NCBI GenBank assembly: GCA_947627195.1
Contig: CANQVC010000003.1
Coordinates: 9,871-73,870 of the forward strand
Direction: 5' to 3'
DNA from: an uncultured Bacilli bacterium
Lineage (GTDB): Bacteria > Bacillota_I > Bacilli_A > ML615J-28 > CAG-698
Length of the DNA: 64,000 nucleotides
A program made the position numbers and the translations under genes. Shown piece after piece: positions 20,035 through 29,792 of this stretch; position 1 is the stretch's first letter; each line of letters begins with the position of its first letter. The notes below the pieces were generated by a model, which saw only the letters and a program-made list of their open reading frames with translations, was not told the DNA's origin and made no database searches.

Positions 20035-21102
20035 ATGAAAGATTTAAAAGAAATTAGAAAAGAAATTAATCAAATTGATGAAGAGATGTTAAAACTATTT
20101 GAAAAGAGAATGGATGTTGTGAATGATGTCGCTTTATATAAAAAAGAAAATAATATTCCTATTTTAGATATATCTAGAGAAAAAAAAGTTATTGATGATA
20201 ATTGTAATAAAATTTATAACAAAGAATATCTTCCTTATTATGAAACATTTATTAAAGATATAATGGATATATCTAAAGAATATCAAAAAACAAAAATTGA
20301 AACTTTTCATATAGCATATCAAGGAAGTGAAGGAGCATTTTCTCATTTAGCAAGTCTAGCATGTTTTCCTAATGCTTCTTTCACATCTTTTCCAACATTT
20401 GAAGATGTTTTTATTGCAGTAAAAAATAATATAGTTGATTATGGAATTGTGCCATTTGAAAATTCATATACGGGTGAAGTTGGCGAAGTATTAGATTTAT
20501 TAGTAAAATATGATTTATATTTTAATAAAATATATGATTTAAAGATCCAACAAAATCTATTAGGTATTCCTGGAGCAACAATTAATGATATAACTGATGT
20601 TTATTCAAAAGATCAAGCAATTGCTCAATCTAGTAAATTTTTAAAAAATCGTAATTTCACAATTCATGAATTTTTAAATACAGCTTTAGCAGCTAAATAT
20701 GTTCATGAACAAAACGATAAATCTAAAGCAGCTATCGCATCTTTAGAAACTGCAAAATTATATCAATTAGAAGTAATTGCACAAGATATTAATACTGCTC
20801 AATCAAACACAACAAGATTTATAGTTTTATCGAAAAAACTTGATAAAACAGGTAATCGTATTAATCTTTCTTTTACTTTGTCTAATGAAGTTGGTTCATT
20901 AGCTAAGATTATTAATATTATTACTAATCATCATTTTAATATGGAAAAAATTCAATCAAGAGCTATTAAAGATTTGCCTTGGGAATATTATTTTCAAATT
21001 GAAATTGTTGGTGAATTAATTTCAAAATATACTGAAGAATTGTTAAATGAATTAAAAGAACATACTAAAGAACTTAAAATATTAGGTTGTTATACAAAAT
21101 AA
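20035..21102 (+). CDS. pheA: Chorismate mutase/prephenate dehydratase
   Basis: CM domain (LKEIRKEINQID), PFENS, NTTRF, ACT domain; start moved to ATG 20035 after AAGGAA. Confidence 0.93.
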   Translation: MKDLKEIRKEINQIDEEMLKLFEKRMDVVNDVALYKKENNIPILDISREKKVIDDNCNKIYNKEYLPYYETFIKDIMDISKEYQKTKIETFHIAYQGSEGAFSHLASLACFPNASFTSFPTFEDVFIAVKNNIVDYGIVPFENSYTGEVGEVLDLLVKYDLYFNKIYDLKIQQNLLGIPGATINDITDVYSKDQAIAQSSKFLKNRNFTIHEFLNTALAAKYVHEQNDKSKAAIASLETAKLYQLEVIAQDINTAQSNTTRFIVLSKKLDKTGNRINLSFTLSNEVGSLAKIINIITNHHFNMEKIQSRAIKDLPWEYYFQIEIVGELISKYTEELLNELKEHTKELKILGCYTK

Positions 21103-21107
21103 ATATC

Positions 21108-21142
21108 AAAAAAGTTGACTTTATAATAAGGTCAACTTTTTT
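21108..21142. terminator. Bidirectional terminator between convergent genes
   Basis: AAAAAAGTTGAC...GTCAACTTTTTT. Confidence 0.85.
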
Positions 21143-21926
21143 AATTAATATTATTTGCTTCAACTTTATTAGGATAATATTTATAATAGCGCATAATGTT
21201 TATAATTGATAAAATAATTGAAACAAGAGAAAATACTAAAAATAAAATAAAATATACTGATATAATTTCTAAATCAATCATATAACAAATAAAATATATG
21301 ACAAATAATAATTGTGATATAATTGTAAACATTGATAAGAAAATATTTTTATGAATATTTTTAACTAATTGACTTTCAACGATTCCTTCGATTTCTTCTT
21401 TATTATCTTTTAAAACTTTGGTATCTATTGATACTATATAACTACGATTAAAATATAATTTCAATGCAGGAAGAGCAATAAATAATAATGGGGTTACAAA
21501 TAATTCAATTAAGAAAACAAATCTTAATATTGTTAATATGGCTATTGTTCCTTCTTCAATAGGTAATTTTTTTAATATAGCACATAGTAACAAAAATATA
21601 ACAACTAAAATATCTGATATAAATGATATTAAAGGAAATATATGTCTTTTACATTCAATGACATGGTATTTTAAATAAGTATAATTAGTACCATATATTT
21701 TCTTTTTTCTTAAATCAATTGTTTCAAATGATTCATTACTAAATGATAAATAATCAACATGAAATAAATTAGCTAATATTTTTATTTGTTCTTCTGTTGG
21801 ATCATCTTTTTCTTTTTCCCATTGATATATAGTTTTTTTAGAAACATTTAAAATTGAAGAAATTTCTTTAATACTTATTTTATATTCTTTACGATATTTA
21901 TATAAATTATATGCAACAAAATTCAT
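21141..21926 (-). CDS. XRE-family HTH protein with C-terminal TM helices
   Basis: LNVSKKTIYQWE HTH followed by about 4 hydrophobic segments; own promoter TTCCAA-17-TATAAT at 21973-22001. Confidence 0.8.
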   Translation of the reverse strand: MNFVAYNLYKYRKEYKISIKEISSILNVSKKTIYQWEKEKDDPTEEQIKILANLFHVDYLSFSNESFETIDLRKKKIYGTNYTYLKYHVIECKRHIFPLISFISDILVVIFLLLCAILKKLPIEEGTIAILTILRFVFLIELFVTPLLFIALPALKLYFNRSYIVSIDTKVLKDNKEEIEGIVESQLVKNIHKNIFLSMFTIISQLLFVIYFICYMIDLEIISVYFILFLVFSLVSIILSIINIMRYYKYYPNKVEANNIN

Positions 21927-22020
21927 TTTCTAATCTTTATTACCTTTATTTCATTATCTTTTTATATCATTGATTATACCACATGTTACTTTATTTTGGA
22001 ATAATATTTTATTAAATTTA

Positions 22021-22049
22021 AAAAAGAACAGAGTGATATCTGTTCTTTT
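22021..22049. terminator. Intrinsic terminator-like hairpin
   Basis: AAAAGAACAGA-GTGATA-TCTGTTCTTTT. Confidence 0.75.
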
Positions 22050-22235
22050 GCAAAATGGTTCGTTATTGTTTTGATATACAATAAGTTGACCATATCTAAT
22101 ATACTCATTAATTTAGGAGTGAGTATTGCTCCTTCGAATTCAATTTAGTGAATGTTCCCTAGGCCTCGATTCACTTTTATACTAAAATGAATTGGCGAAG
22201 TTCATTTAGTAATTATCATAGGATTTCCTATCTAT
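22050..22235. ncRNA. Unclassified structured RNA candidate
   Basis: Four consecutive stem-loops, GC-richer than flanks, bounded by a terminator; family not recognised. Confidence 0.35.
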
Positions 22236-22308
22236 TTAATATAAAAGTTATTTTTGCCTTAAATAATCTTTTATACAATAATATTATGGATAATATTTAA
22301 ATTATTAT

Positions 22309-24099
22309 TCATTTTTTTTGAAAAAATTTTTCAAAGTCAGTTAATTCATTATATTTATTTGAATTATCTTTAAAAATAATATTTGAATAAAATTTTTCTA
22401 AAATTGTTTTATAATCAAGTCCTTGAGAAGCATATCCATTTGCACCATATTGAGACATACCTACTCCATGTCCATATCCACCACCATAAAAATGTAAAGT
22501 ATCATTTTGCCATTCTAAGGCAAAGAATCCTGAACCTAATACATTGTCATTAGTTGTTTGCGATGAATATGTATTATCAGAACTTTTCGCATGTTCAGTT
22601 ATAACAGTGCTTTTAGCATCTTTAGGACGTATAGTAAAACGAATATTATATTGATTTATAATACGAAATGTTAATTTATCAGTTGTAATTTTTAAACTAA
22701 TTACAACACCACTTTTACTTCTTTGGTCGACTTCTATATTTTGAATATTACCAATATCATTAGGAAATTCTTTAATTACCCATTGATTATTTTCTAATTG
22801 AGGATAAGATGTTGGATATGTATTAGTCATATTTTCAATATTAGCATTAATTGTATTTTTTAATTGTTCTTTGGTTAATGAAACATGCCAACGATGATTT
22901 GATGAATTACCACATGGGGAATCCATTTTAATTGTTTTAAAGAAATTAAGCATCCTTTCTTCATTTGTTGGATCAAAACTAATTGGATTACCATTTGAAT
23001 CTTTTGTTAAATTATGACCTAATAAATAAGGGATTTCTTCAATTGGTTTATCTTCTATCCAAACATCATTACCATCAGCTGTTAAACCACATGAACAAGA
23101 ATAATAATATGCTATAATTGGTTCATCTAGATAAAACATGGTTATTCCTTTAGTATTATTGACAGCATTTGTGGACGATGGGGCAGTATTAATATTATTA
23201 TATACTTGACTTTGTTCACTATCGTCTACAGCATATCCATATTGAGGAAATTTTCGATTGTAAATATCACGATATGCATAAGTTCTAGCGGCAACTGCTT
23301 GAGCTTTTAAAGCTTCCATATTCCATGATGAAGGCATTTCAGATGGAACAACTTTTGTTAAATAGTTTTCCATATCTACTTCATTGATTAATAATAATCT
23401 ATTATTACAAATAGATATTTCCATATTACCTTGATAAAATGGATTACCAACATTTCTTCTAATAGATGTTACTTGAACTTCATGATTACCACCTTTTAAT
23501 ATTAATCGTTTATCACTTTTAATTAATGTATTGCCAATCCATGTAACAATATTACCATCTTTAATTTCAAATTTTAAAGTAGAATGATCAGGAATTTGAT
23601 ATTTTTCTAATCCATCAAATGTCATCATTTCTATCGAAAATGGACATAATATAGTTATTTCATCATGATATAAATTATTGATATTAGCAATATCAGCTAT
23701 TGAATTTCTTATAGCAACTCTAATTGTATTAAATACTGGTTCATTATCAATTAAGATTTTTTTGATATTTGTTTTATCATATTGGACATATACATTATTC
23801 ATACCTATTAATAAATCATTTAATGTACCATAAACTATATTATTATTTTGTAATAATAAAATTTCTATTGAATCATCAAATGATGTTGTTGGACAATTTA
23901 ATAATTCCATATAATGATTTTCTTCATCTATTAATAAAACTTCAGTATGAATAATGTTTTCTTCTGTTTCTGAAGGATTATCAGAAATAGTTGGATTAGG
24001 ATTAGTTGGTTTATTTTCTTTACAACTAAATAAAAAGAAAGATAAAATAAATATAAGAACTAAATTGAAAATTTTCTGAAAATTACATCTTTTAAACAT
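22309..24099 (-). CDS. SpoIID/LytB-domain lipoprotein (putative lytic transglycosylase)
   Basis: Lipobox LFSC; YLTKVVPSEMP, EALKAQAVAARTY, QVY, GHGVGMSQYGA. Confidence 0.9.
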   Translation of the reverse strand: MFKRCNFQKIFNLVLIFILSFFLFSCKENKPTNPNPTISDNPSETEENIIHTEVLLIDEENHYMELLNCPTTSFDDSIEILLLQNNNIVYGTLNDLLIGMNNVYVQYDKTNIKKILIDNEPVFNTIRVAIRNSIADIANINNLYHDEITILCPFSIEMMTFDGLEKYQIPDHSTLKFEIKDGNIVTWIGNTLIKSDKRLILKGGNHEVQVTSIRRNVGNPFYQGNMEISICNNRLLLINEVDMENYLTKVVPSEMPSSWNMEALKAQAVAARTYAYRDIYNRKFPQYGYAVDDSEQSQVYNNINTAPSSTNAVNNTKGITMFYLDEPIIAYYYSCSCGLTADGNDVWIEDKPIEEIPYLLGHNLTKDSNGNPISFDPTNEERMLNFFKTIKMDSPCGNSSNHRWHVSLTKEQLKNTINANIENMTNTYPTSYPQLENNQWVIKEFPNDIGNIQNIEVDQRSKSGVVISLKITTDKLTFRIINQYNIRFTIRPKDAKSTVITEHAKSSDNTYSSQTTNDNVLGSGFFALEWQNDTLHFYGGGYGHGVGMSQYGANGYASQGLDYKTILEKFYSNIIFKDNSNKYNELTDFEKFFQKK

Positions 24100-24282
24100 A
24101 TGTCATCACCTCTAATTAAAAAAGCTTTTATATAATATATGATATCATAATATTTTAAGTATTGTCAACTTTATCATTTTAAAAAAATTATAAATTAAGA
24201 CAACATTAATAATTTAATTTGATTAGTTGTGAAAAAAACTACCAATGATTTAACATTAGTAGGTTTCTTGATAATTATAATT

Positions 24283-25719
24283 TTAATAATCTACTTCTAT
24301 AACACGAATAGTATTTGTACCACCAATTGAACCACCCATTCCTGATGTAATAATTACTTTAGATCCTATTGGTAATCTTTTTCTACGAGCAATTTCATTA
24401 GCAACACCATCATATCCAGCAATATTACGAATGTTTTCAACAATAGTAGGGAACACTCCCCAATAATGTTCTAATTGTAAACACACTTCTTCTTTTTCTG
24501 TGCAAGCAATAATTGGTACATTAGGTCGATACATACTAATTCTTCTAGCTGTTGAACCTGTTTCTGTAAATGCAATAATTGCACTTACATTATCTAAATT
24601 TAATGTACATTCCACAACAGATATACAAATAGCATCATTAATAGTTCTTTGTCGTTTTTCTATTGCTTTATTTAATCTTTCACGATAAGGAATAAATGGT
24701 TCAATTGAAGAGGCAATTTTAACCATCATTTCTACTGATTCCACAGGATATTCACCTGCAGCACTTTCACCACTTAACATAACAGCATCTGTACCATCTA
24801 ATATAGCATTGGCAACATCACTTGCTTCTGCTCTAGTTGGGGTGGGATTTGCACACATTGAATCTAACATATGGGTTGCTGTAACAACAGGTTTACCTAA
24901 TTGATTACATAATTTGATGATTTGTTTTTGATATACTGGTACATCTTCAGGTTCAGTTTCAACTGCTAAATCTCCACGGGCAACCATAATAGCATCACTT
25001 GCTTGAATAACTTCATTTAAATTTTGTACAGCTTCTTTACTTTCAATTTTGGCCATAATAGTTAGTGATGGAGCACCTAATTGTTTTAAATAATTTTTTA
25101 CTTCATAAATATCTTCAGGACATCTTACAAAAGATAAAGATAAAATATCAACATCTTCTTGTACCCCAAAAGCAATATCGTCCATATCTTTTTGACTTAA
25201 AAATGGCATATTAATATGAACATCAGGAATATTAACACCTTTACGATCTTTTAACCATCCATGTGTCAGTACTTTACATGTGAAGCCATCTTCTTCAATG
25301 GAAATAATTTCAAAACGCATTTTACCATCATCAAACAATATTAAGTTTCCAATATTTACATCACTAAACACTTCTTTACATTGTAAAGTGAATCTTTCTT
25401 TTGTACCAATTACATCATCACGAACAATACGAACAATGTCATCTTTAGAAAAATAAGCTTTTCCATCAGTAAATAAACCAGTTCTAATTTCTGGTCCTTT
25501 AGTATCTAGCATAATGGCAATTTTTTTATTTTTTTTACGACTTACATTGCGAATATTTTTTATTCTTTTGCCATGTTCTTGATAATCGCCATGTGAAAAA
25601 TTAAGTCTAGCTATATTCATTCCTGCATCAACTAATTTACCTAACATTTCAATAGATTCACTAGCAGGTCCTATGGTACAAACAATTTTAGTTTTAATTT
25701 GATTTTCCATATATATCAC
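24283..25719 (-). CDS. pyk: Pyruvate kinase
   Basis: TIGPAS, RLNFSHG, DTKGPEIR, MVARGDL. Confidence 0.97.
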   Translation of the reverse strand: MIYMENQIKTKIVCTIGPASESIEMLGKLVDAGMNIARLNFSHGDYQEHGKRIKNIRNVSRKKNKKIAIMLDTKGPEIRTGLFTDGKAYFSKDDIVRIVRDDVIGTKERFTLQCKEVFSDVNIGNLILFDDGKMRFEIISIEEDGFTCKVLTHGWLKDRKGVNIPDVHINMPFLSQKDMDDIAFGVQEDVDILSLSFVRCPEDIYEVKNYLKQLGAPSLTIMAKIESKEAVQNLNEVIQASDAIMVARGDLAVETEPEDVPVYQKQIIKLCNQLGKPVVTATHMLDSMCANPTPTRAEASDVANAILDGTDAVMLSGESAAGEYPVESVEMMVKIASSIEPFIPYRERLNKAIEKRQRTINDAICISVVECTLNLDNVSAIIAFTETGSTARRISMYRPNVPIIACTEKEEVCLQLEHYWGVFPTIVENIRNIAGYDGVANEIARRKRLPIGSKVIITSGMGGSIGGTNTIRVIEVDY

Positions 25720-25809
25720 TCCATAAATTAAATAAATTATACTATAAATAACAAAAAAAAGAAATACATAAATATCGTTTTCATGTATTTCTTAATATTT
25801 ATTAAAATA

Positions 25810-26124
25810 TCATACTAATAAAGAAACAACACCAGCACCTAAAAGGGCAAAAGAAATAATAGAAATAACTATAGAAACTCCTAAGTCAATTAAAAACCCA
25901 ATAAGTCCACCTTTTTTAGCATCTTCATCACCTAAACAAAGAGCAAGAATTAAGCCAATTAGACCAAGTAGTAATCCTAATAATATACCTATTCCTTTTC
26001 CTTTAATTGGTTTATCTGAACTATTATTTACTTGAACATTTAGATTTGCATTACATGGGGTGCCACAATTAGGGCAAAATGTTGCATCATCATTTATTTC
26101 TTGTCCACAATTTTTACAATACAT
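25810..26124 (-). CDS. Zinc-ribbon domain membrane protein
   Basis: CKNCG...FCPNCG followed by two TM helices. Confidence 0.8.
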   Translation of the reverse strand: MYCKNCGQEINDDATFCPNCGTPCNANLNVQVNNSSDKPIKGKGIGILLGLLLGLIGLILALCLGDEDAKKGGLIGFLIDLGVSIVISIISFALLGAGVVSLLV

Positions 26125-26206
26125 ATATAATTCCTCCTATAACTTAAATTATATACTAAATATTAAATATTTGTCAACAAAAAATGAAAGTTTCATTAGA
26201 TTAATT

Positions 26207-26240
26207 TAAAAAATGAAGTTATCAGAATATAACTTCATTT
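26207..26240 (-). terminator. Intrinsic terminator
   Basis: AAATGAAGTTAT...ATAACTTCATTT inverted repeat with T run. Confidence 0.7.
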
Positions 26241-26247
26241 ATATATT

Positions 26248-26700
26248 TTAGGCATTTTTTCTTAAGAATGATTGGATTTTATCATCAGTTGAACGATAAT
26301 CATCTAATACAGACTGAACTCTTGATATGAAGTTTTTATTCATTTCTTTATTATCGTGAAGAAACCGAATTGAACCAATTATACCCATATGAACTGCTTT
26401 CAATGATGCAATGCATATTCTAAAATCATTACTTAATAATTTAACTTTTGAACTTTCCATTGCTACTGACATTGATTCAAATACAGTAAGTTCATCAGTC
26501 GGATTTCCTCCAACATGTTCAATAATAGATGTCATTTTTTCTTCATGAGTTTTAAAAATTTCAGATATTTCGGAAAACAATTTTTTTAATTCTTCATTTT
26601 CAGCTTTTTCAAAATAAATTCGAAAAACATTATTTCCCATATGAATACCTGATAAAAATTTATTCATTCTTTTGATATCTTTTGTTGATGCTTTATTCAT
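26248..26700 (-). CDS. Ferritin-like (DUF2383-type) protein
   Basis: Four-helix pattern, 'KFLSGIHMG', 'H...GGNP'. Confidence 0.55.
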   Translation of the reverse strand: MNKASTKDIKRMNKFLSGIHMGNNVFRIYFEKAENEELKKLFSEISEIFKTHEEKMTSIIEHVGGNPTDELTVFESMSVAMESSKVKLLSNDFRICIASLKAVHMGIIGSIRFLHDNKEMNKNFISRVQSVLDDYRSTDDKIQSFLRKNA

Positions 26701-26750
26701 TTATTTTACACCTCAACAATATGATATCCAAAATATATTATTCAATACAA

Positions 26751-27986
26751 TTAAAATACAAAATTACCATTAATAAATATTTTGACATTTTTTCCATCTT
26801 TAGTAGTACCAACAATTTCCATATCTTTACTACCAAACATGAAATCAACATGAACAATTGATTTATTATAACCTTTTTTCATCAATTCTTCTTCACTTAA
26901 ATTATTACCATCTTTAATATTCATTGTATAAGCATTTCCTAATGCTAAATGACAAGAAGCATTTTCATCAAATAAAGTATTATAAAACAATATATTCATA
27001 TTAGATATAGGTGAATCATGAGATATCAAAGCAACTTCACCTAATCTAGAACTACCACTATCTGTTTCAAGTAATGCTTTTAATGTTTCTTTTTCTTTTT
27101 TAGCATCAAAATCAACTACTTTTCCATCTTTAAAAATCAAATAAAAATCTTCAATTAATTTGCCTTGATAATTAAGAGGTTTTGTGGCAACTACTTTACC
27201 ATTTACACCATGAGAATGAGGCATTGAAAATGTTTCTTCTGTTGGAATATTAGGGGCAAAATAGACACCTTTTTGCGAATATTCTCCACCTCCACCCCAA
27301 ATATGTCCATCAACAAGTTTAACTTCTAAATCAGTTCCTAAATTATTTTTAAAATGTAATTTATCAAAAGCATACTTATTTAACATATCATTATGTTTAG
27401 CAAGTCTATCCATATGTTCTTGCCAAGCTTCTACAGGATTATTATCTTTAGTAACTCTACTTGCATTTAAAATTGCTTCTAATAATTTATCTTGGGCAAT
27501 TTCATCATCACAATTTGGAAAAACTTTTTTCGCCCAAGCAAGTGTTGGATAAGCTACAACAACCCATTGAGTAGCATTACTCATCGTGAATTTTCTAAAA
27601 AATCCTAATTTGTTTTGCGAAGCAATATTTGCTAATTTAATTTTATTGGGATCAACATCCTTCATTAATCCAGGTGTTGGTGAAGAAATACTTATTAAAC
27701 AAGCATTTTGATCTACAAAATAATGATTCTTTTCAATAACATATTGTGGAACATCTTTTAATACTTCTTCATCAACATTTTCATAATATTCTTTATTTAC
27801 ATAATCATCAGACCATTCAACAATCACATTTTTAGCTTTAGCTTCATATGCAGCTTTAACTAATTCTCTAACAAATAATACACATTCAACATTTGAACGA
27901 ATAACAACGAGTTGATTTTTTTGAACATTAACACCTACTTGAATTGTTAGAGTAGCGTACTTTTTTAATAATTCTTGATTAACCAT
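26751..27986 (-). CDS. pepS: M29 family aminopeptidase
   Basis: NIPTEE, RLGEVAL, DENASCHLALG, HVDFM. Confidence 0.9.
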   Translation of the reverse strand: MVNQELLKKYATLTIQVGVNVQKNQLVVIRSNVECVLFVRELVKAAYEAKAKNVIVEWSDDYVNKEYYENVDEEVLKDVPQYVIEKNHYFVDQNACLISISSPTPGLMKDVDPNKIKLANIASQNKLGFFRKFTMSNATQWVVVAYPTLAWAKKVFPNCDDEIAQDKLLEAILNASRVTKDNNPVEAWQEHMDRLAKHNDMLNKYAFDKLHFKNNLGTDLEVKLVDGHIWGGGGEYSQKGVYFAPNIPTEETFSMPHSHGVNGKVVATKPLNYQGKLIEDFYLIFKDGKVVDFDAKKEKETLKALLETDSGSSRLGEVALISHDSPISNMNILFYNTLFDENASCHLALGNAYTMNIKDGNNLSEEELMKKGYNKSIVHVDFMFGSKDMEIVGTTKDGKNVKIFINGNFVF

Positions 27987-27998
27987 TTAATAACTCCT

Positions 27999-29792
27999 TT
28001 ATTGATTATTTTTTAGGTTACTTTCATATTGTAATCGATACAATTTATAATAATAACCATGTAACTTTAATAATTCTTGATGATTTCCTTCTTCAATAAT
28101 TGTTCCTTTTTGCATAACAATAATATTATCAGCATGTTGAATAGTTGATAGACGATGAGCAACAATTAACATAGTACCAATATTTTTCATCTTTTCTAAA
28201 GAATCTTGAATTAATAATTCTGTTTCTGTATCAATATTTGCCGTTGCTTCATCTAATATCATTACTTTAGGTTTATGAACAATAGTTCTAGCAAATGATA
28301 ACAATTGTCTTTGTCCACTCGAAAAATTATTTCCTCTTTCTCTTACTTCTTCATCATATCCATTAGGTAATTGATCGATAAAATGATTAGCATTTACATA
28401 TGTTGATGCTTTTTTAACATCATCTAAAGAAATACTTTCTTCACGCATTTGAATATTAGAAAATATTGTACCACTAAATAAGAATACATCTTGTAACATT
28501 TGTCCAATTTGTTTACGTAAACTAGCAATTTTAATATGTTTAATATCAATGCCATCAATTAATATTTCTCCTTTTTGGATATCATAATTTCGAACAATTA
28601 ATGATAAAATTGTCGTTTTACCGCTACCTGTTGCCCCAACAAATGCAACAGTATCACCAGCATTAATTTTAAACGAAACATCTTTTAATATCCATTCATC
28701 AGGAATATAACTAAACCATACATGTTTAAATTCTATATCACCACGAATATTATTTAATTCAATGGCATCAGGACTATCAACGATTACAGGTTTAGTGTCT
28801 AATACTTCAAATATTCTTTCACTTGCCGCAAATGCACTTTGCATTACATTAAATTGATCAGCTAATTGTTGAATAGGATCAAACAATTTAGTAATATATT
28901 GTTGGAATATAATTATAATGGCAAATGTTACTACACCACTTGTTAATGCCATTTTACAGCCAATATAAATAACCAAAATTAAAGTAGTAATATATAATAC
29001 ATATATAATTGGTCTAAAGATAGCAAATACCCAAATTTCTTTCATTGAACTTTTTCTTAATTGTTTATTTCTATCTTGAAATTCATTAAACTTTTTCTTT
29101 TCTTGATTAAATACTTGAGTTATTTTCATTCCACTTAAATTTTCAGAAAGAAAAGCATTAATATTACTTACATTGGCTCTTACTTCGGAATAAGCTTTTC
29201 TTGATACTTTTCTAAATATAATAGAAACTACAACTAATAATGGTGCAAATGCTAAAACAATTAAAGCTAACTTCCATTGAATTACAAACATAATAATAAT
29301 GACAACTATAATTGTTAATATATTTTTAATTAAATTAATAACAATATTAGTATACATTTCATTAACTGCATTTGTATCACTTGTTACTCTTGTAACTAAT
29401 TTACCAACAAGAATAACATTTAATTGTTCATTAGAAAATGTTTCAATAGTTCTAAAAACATCTTCACGAATTGTATACATAATTTCTTGCCCAACTTTTT
29501 GTAATGATATTGATTGAATATATTGAATAATATATTCAACAATCATAAATATAGCATATAAAATTATATATAATAAAACAACTGAAAATTTAATAACATC
29601 TTTTCCTAATTCATCGACAATTTTACCTGTAAATATTGGTAAAGATGTATCTAAACCAACTACAATAACCATTAAGAAAAAAGCAATAACAAATGATTTT
29701 ACATGTCCATTAATATAATGTAATAATCTTTTCATTAAACCTTTTTGTTGAGGTGTTTTTGTTTTCTTAACTAATATTTTCATATTATTCAT
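27999..29792 (-). CDS. ABC exporter (TMD+NBD), heterodimer subunit
   Basis: GATGSGKT, FSSGQRQ, ILDEAT. Confidence 0.9.
   Translation of the reverse strand: MNNMKILVKKTKTPQQKGLMKRLLHYINGHVKSFVIAFFLMVIVVGLDTSLPIFTGKIVDELGKDVIKFSVVLLYIILYAIFMIVEYIIQYIQSISLQKVGQEIMYTIREDVFRTIETFSNEQLNVILVGKLVTRVTSDTNAVNEMYTNIVINLIKNILTIIVVIIIMFVIQWKLALIVLAFAPLLVVVSIIFRKVSRKAYSEVRANVSNINAFLSENLSGMKITQVFNQEKKKFNEFQDRNKQLRKSSMKEIWVFAIFRPIIYVLYITTLILVIYIGCKMALTSGVVTFAIIIIFQQYITKLFDPIQQLADQFNVMQSAFAASERIFEVLDTKPVIVDSPDAIELNNIRGDIEFKHVWFSYIPDEWILKDVSFKINAGDTVAFVGATGSGKTTILSLIVRNYDIQKGEILIDGIDIKHIKIASLRKQIGQMLQDVFLFSGTIFSNIQMREESISLDDVKKASTYVNANHFIDQLPNGYDEEVRERGNNFSSGQRQLLSFARTIVHKPKVMILDEATANIDTETELLIQDSLEKMKNIGTMLIVAHRLSTIQHADNIIVMQKGTIIEEGNHQELLKLHGYYYKLYRLQYESNLKNNQ

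Noticed and set aside
22140-22180. GTGAATC...TAGGG resembling the c-di-AMP (ydaO) riboswitch
   Set aside because: Other conserved ydaO segments are absent.
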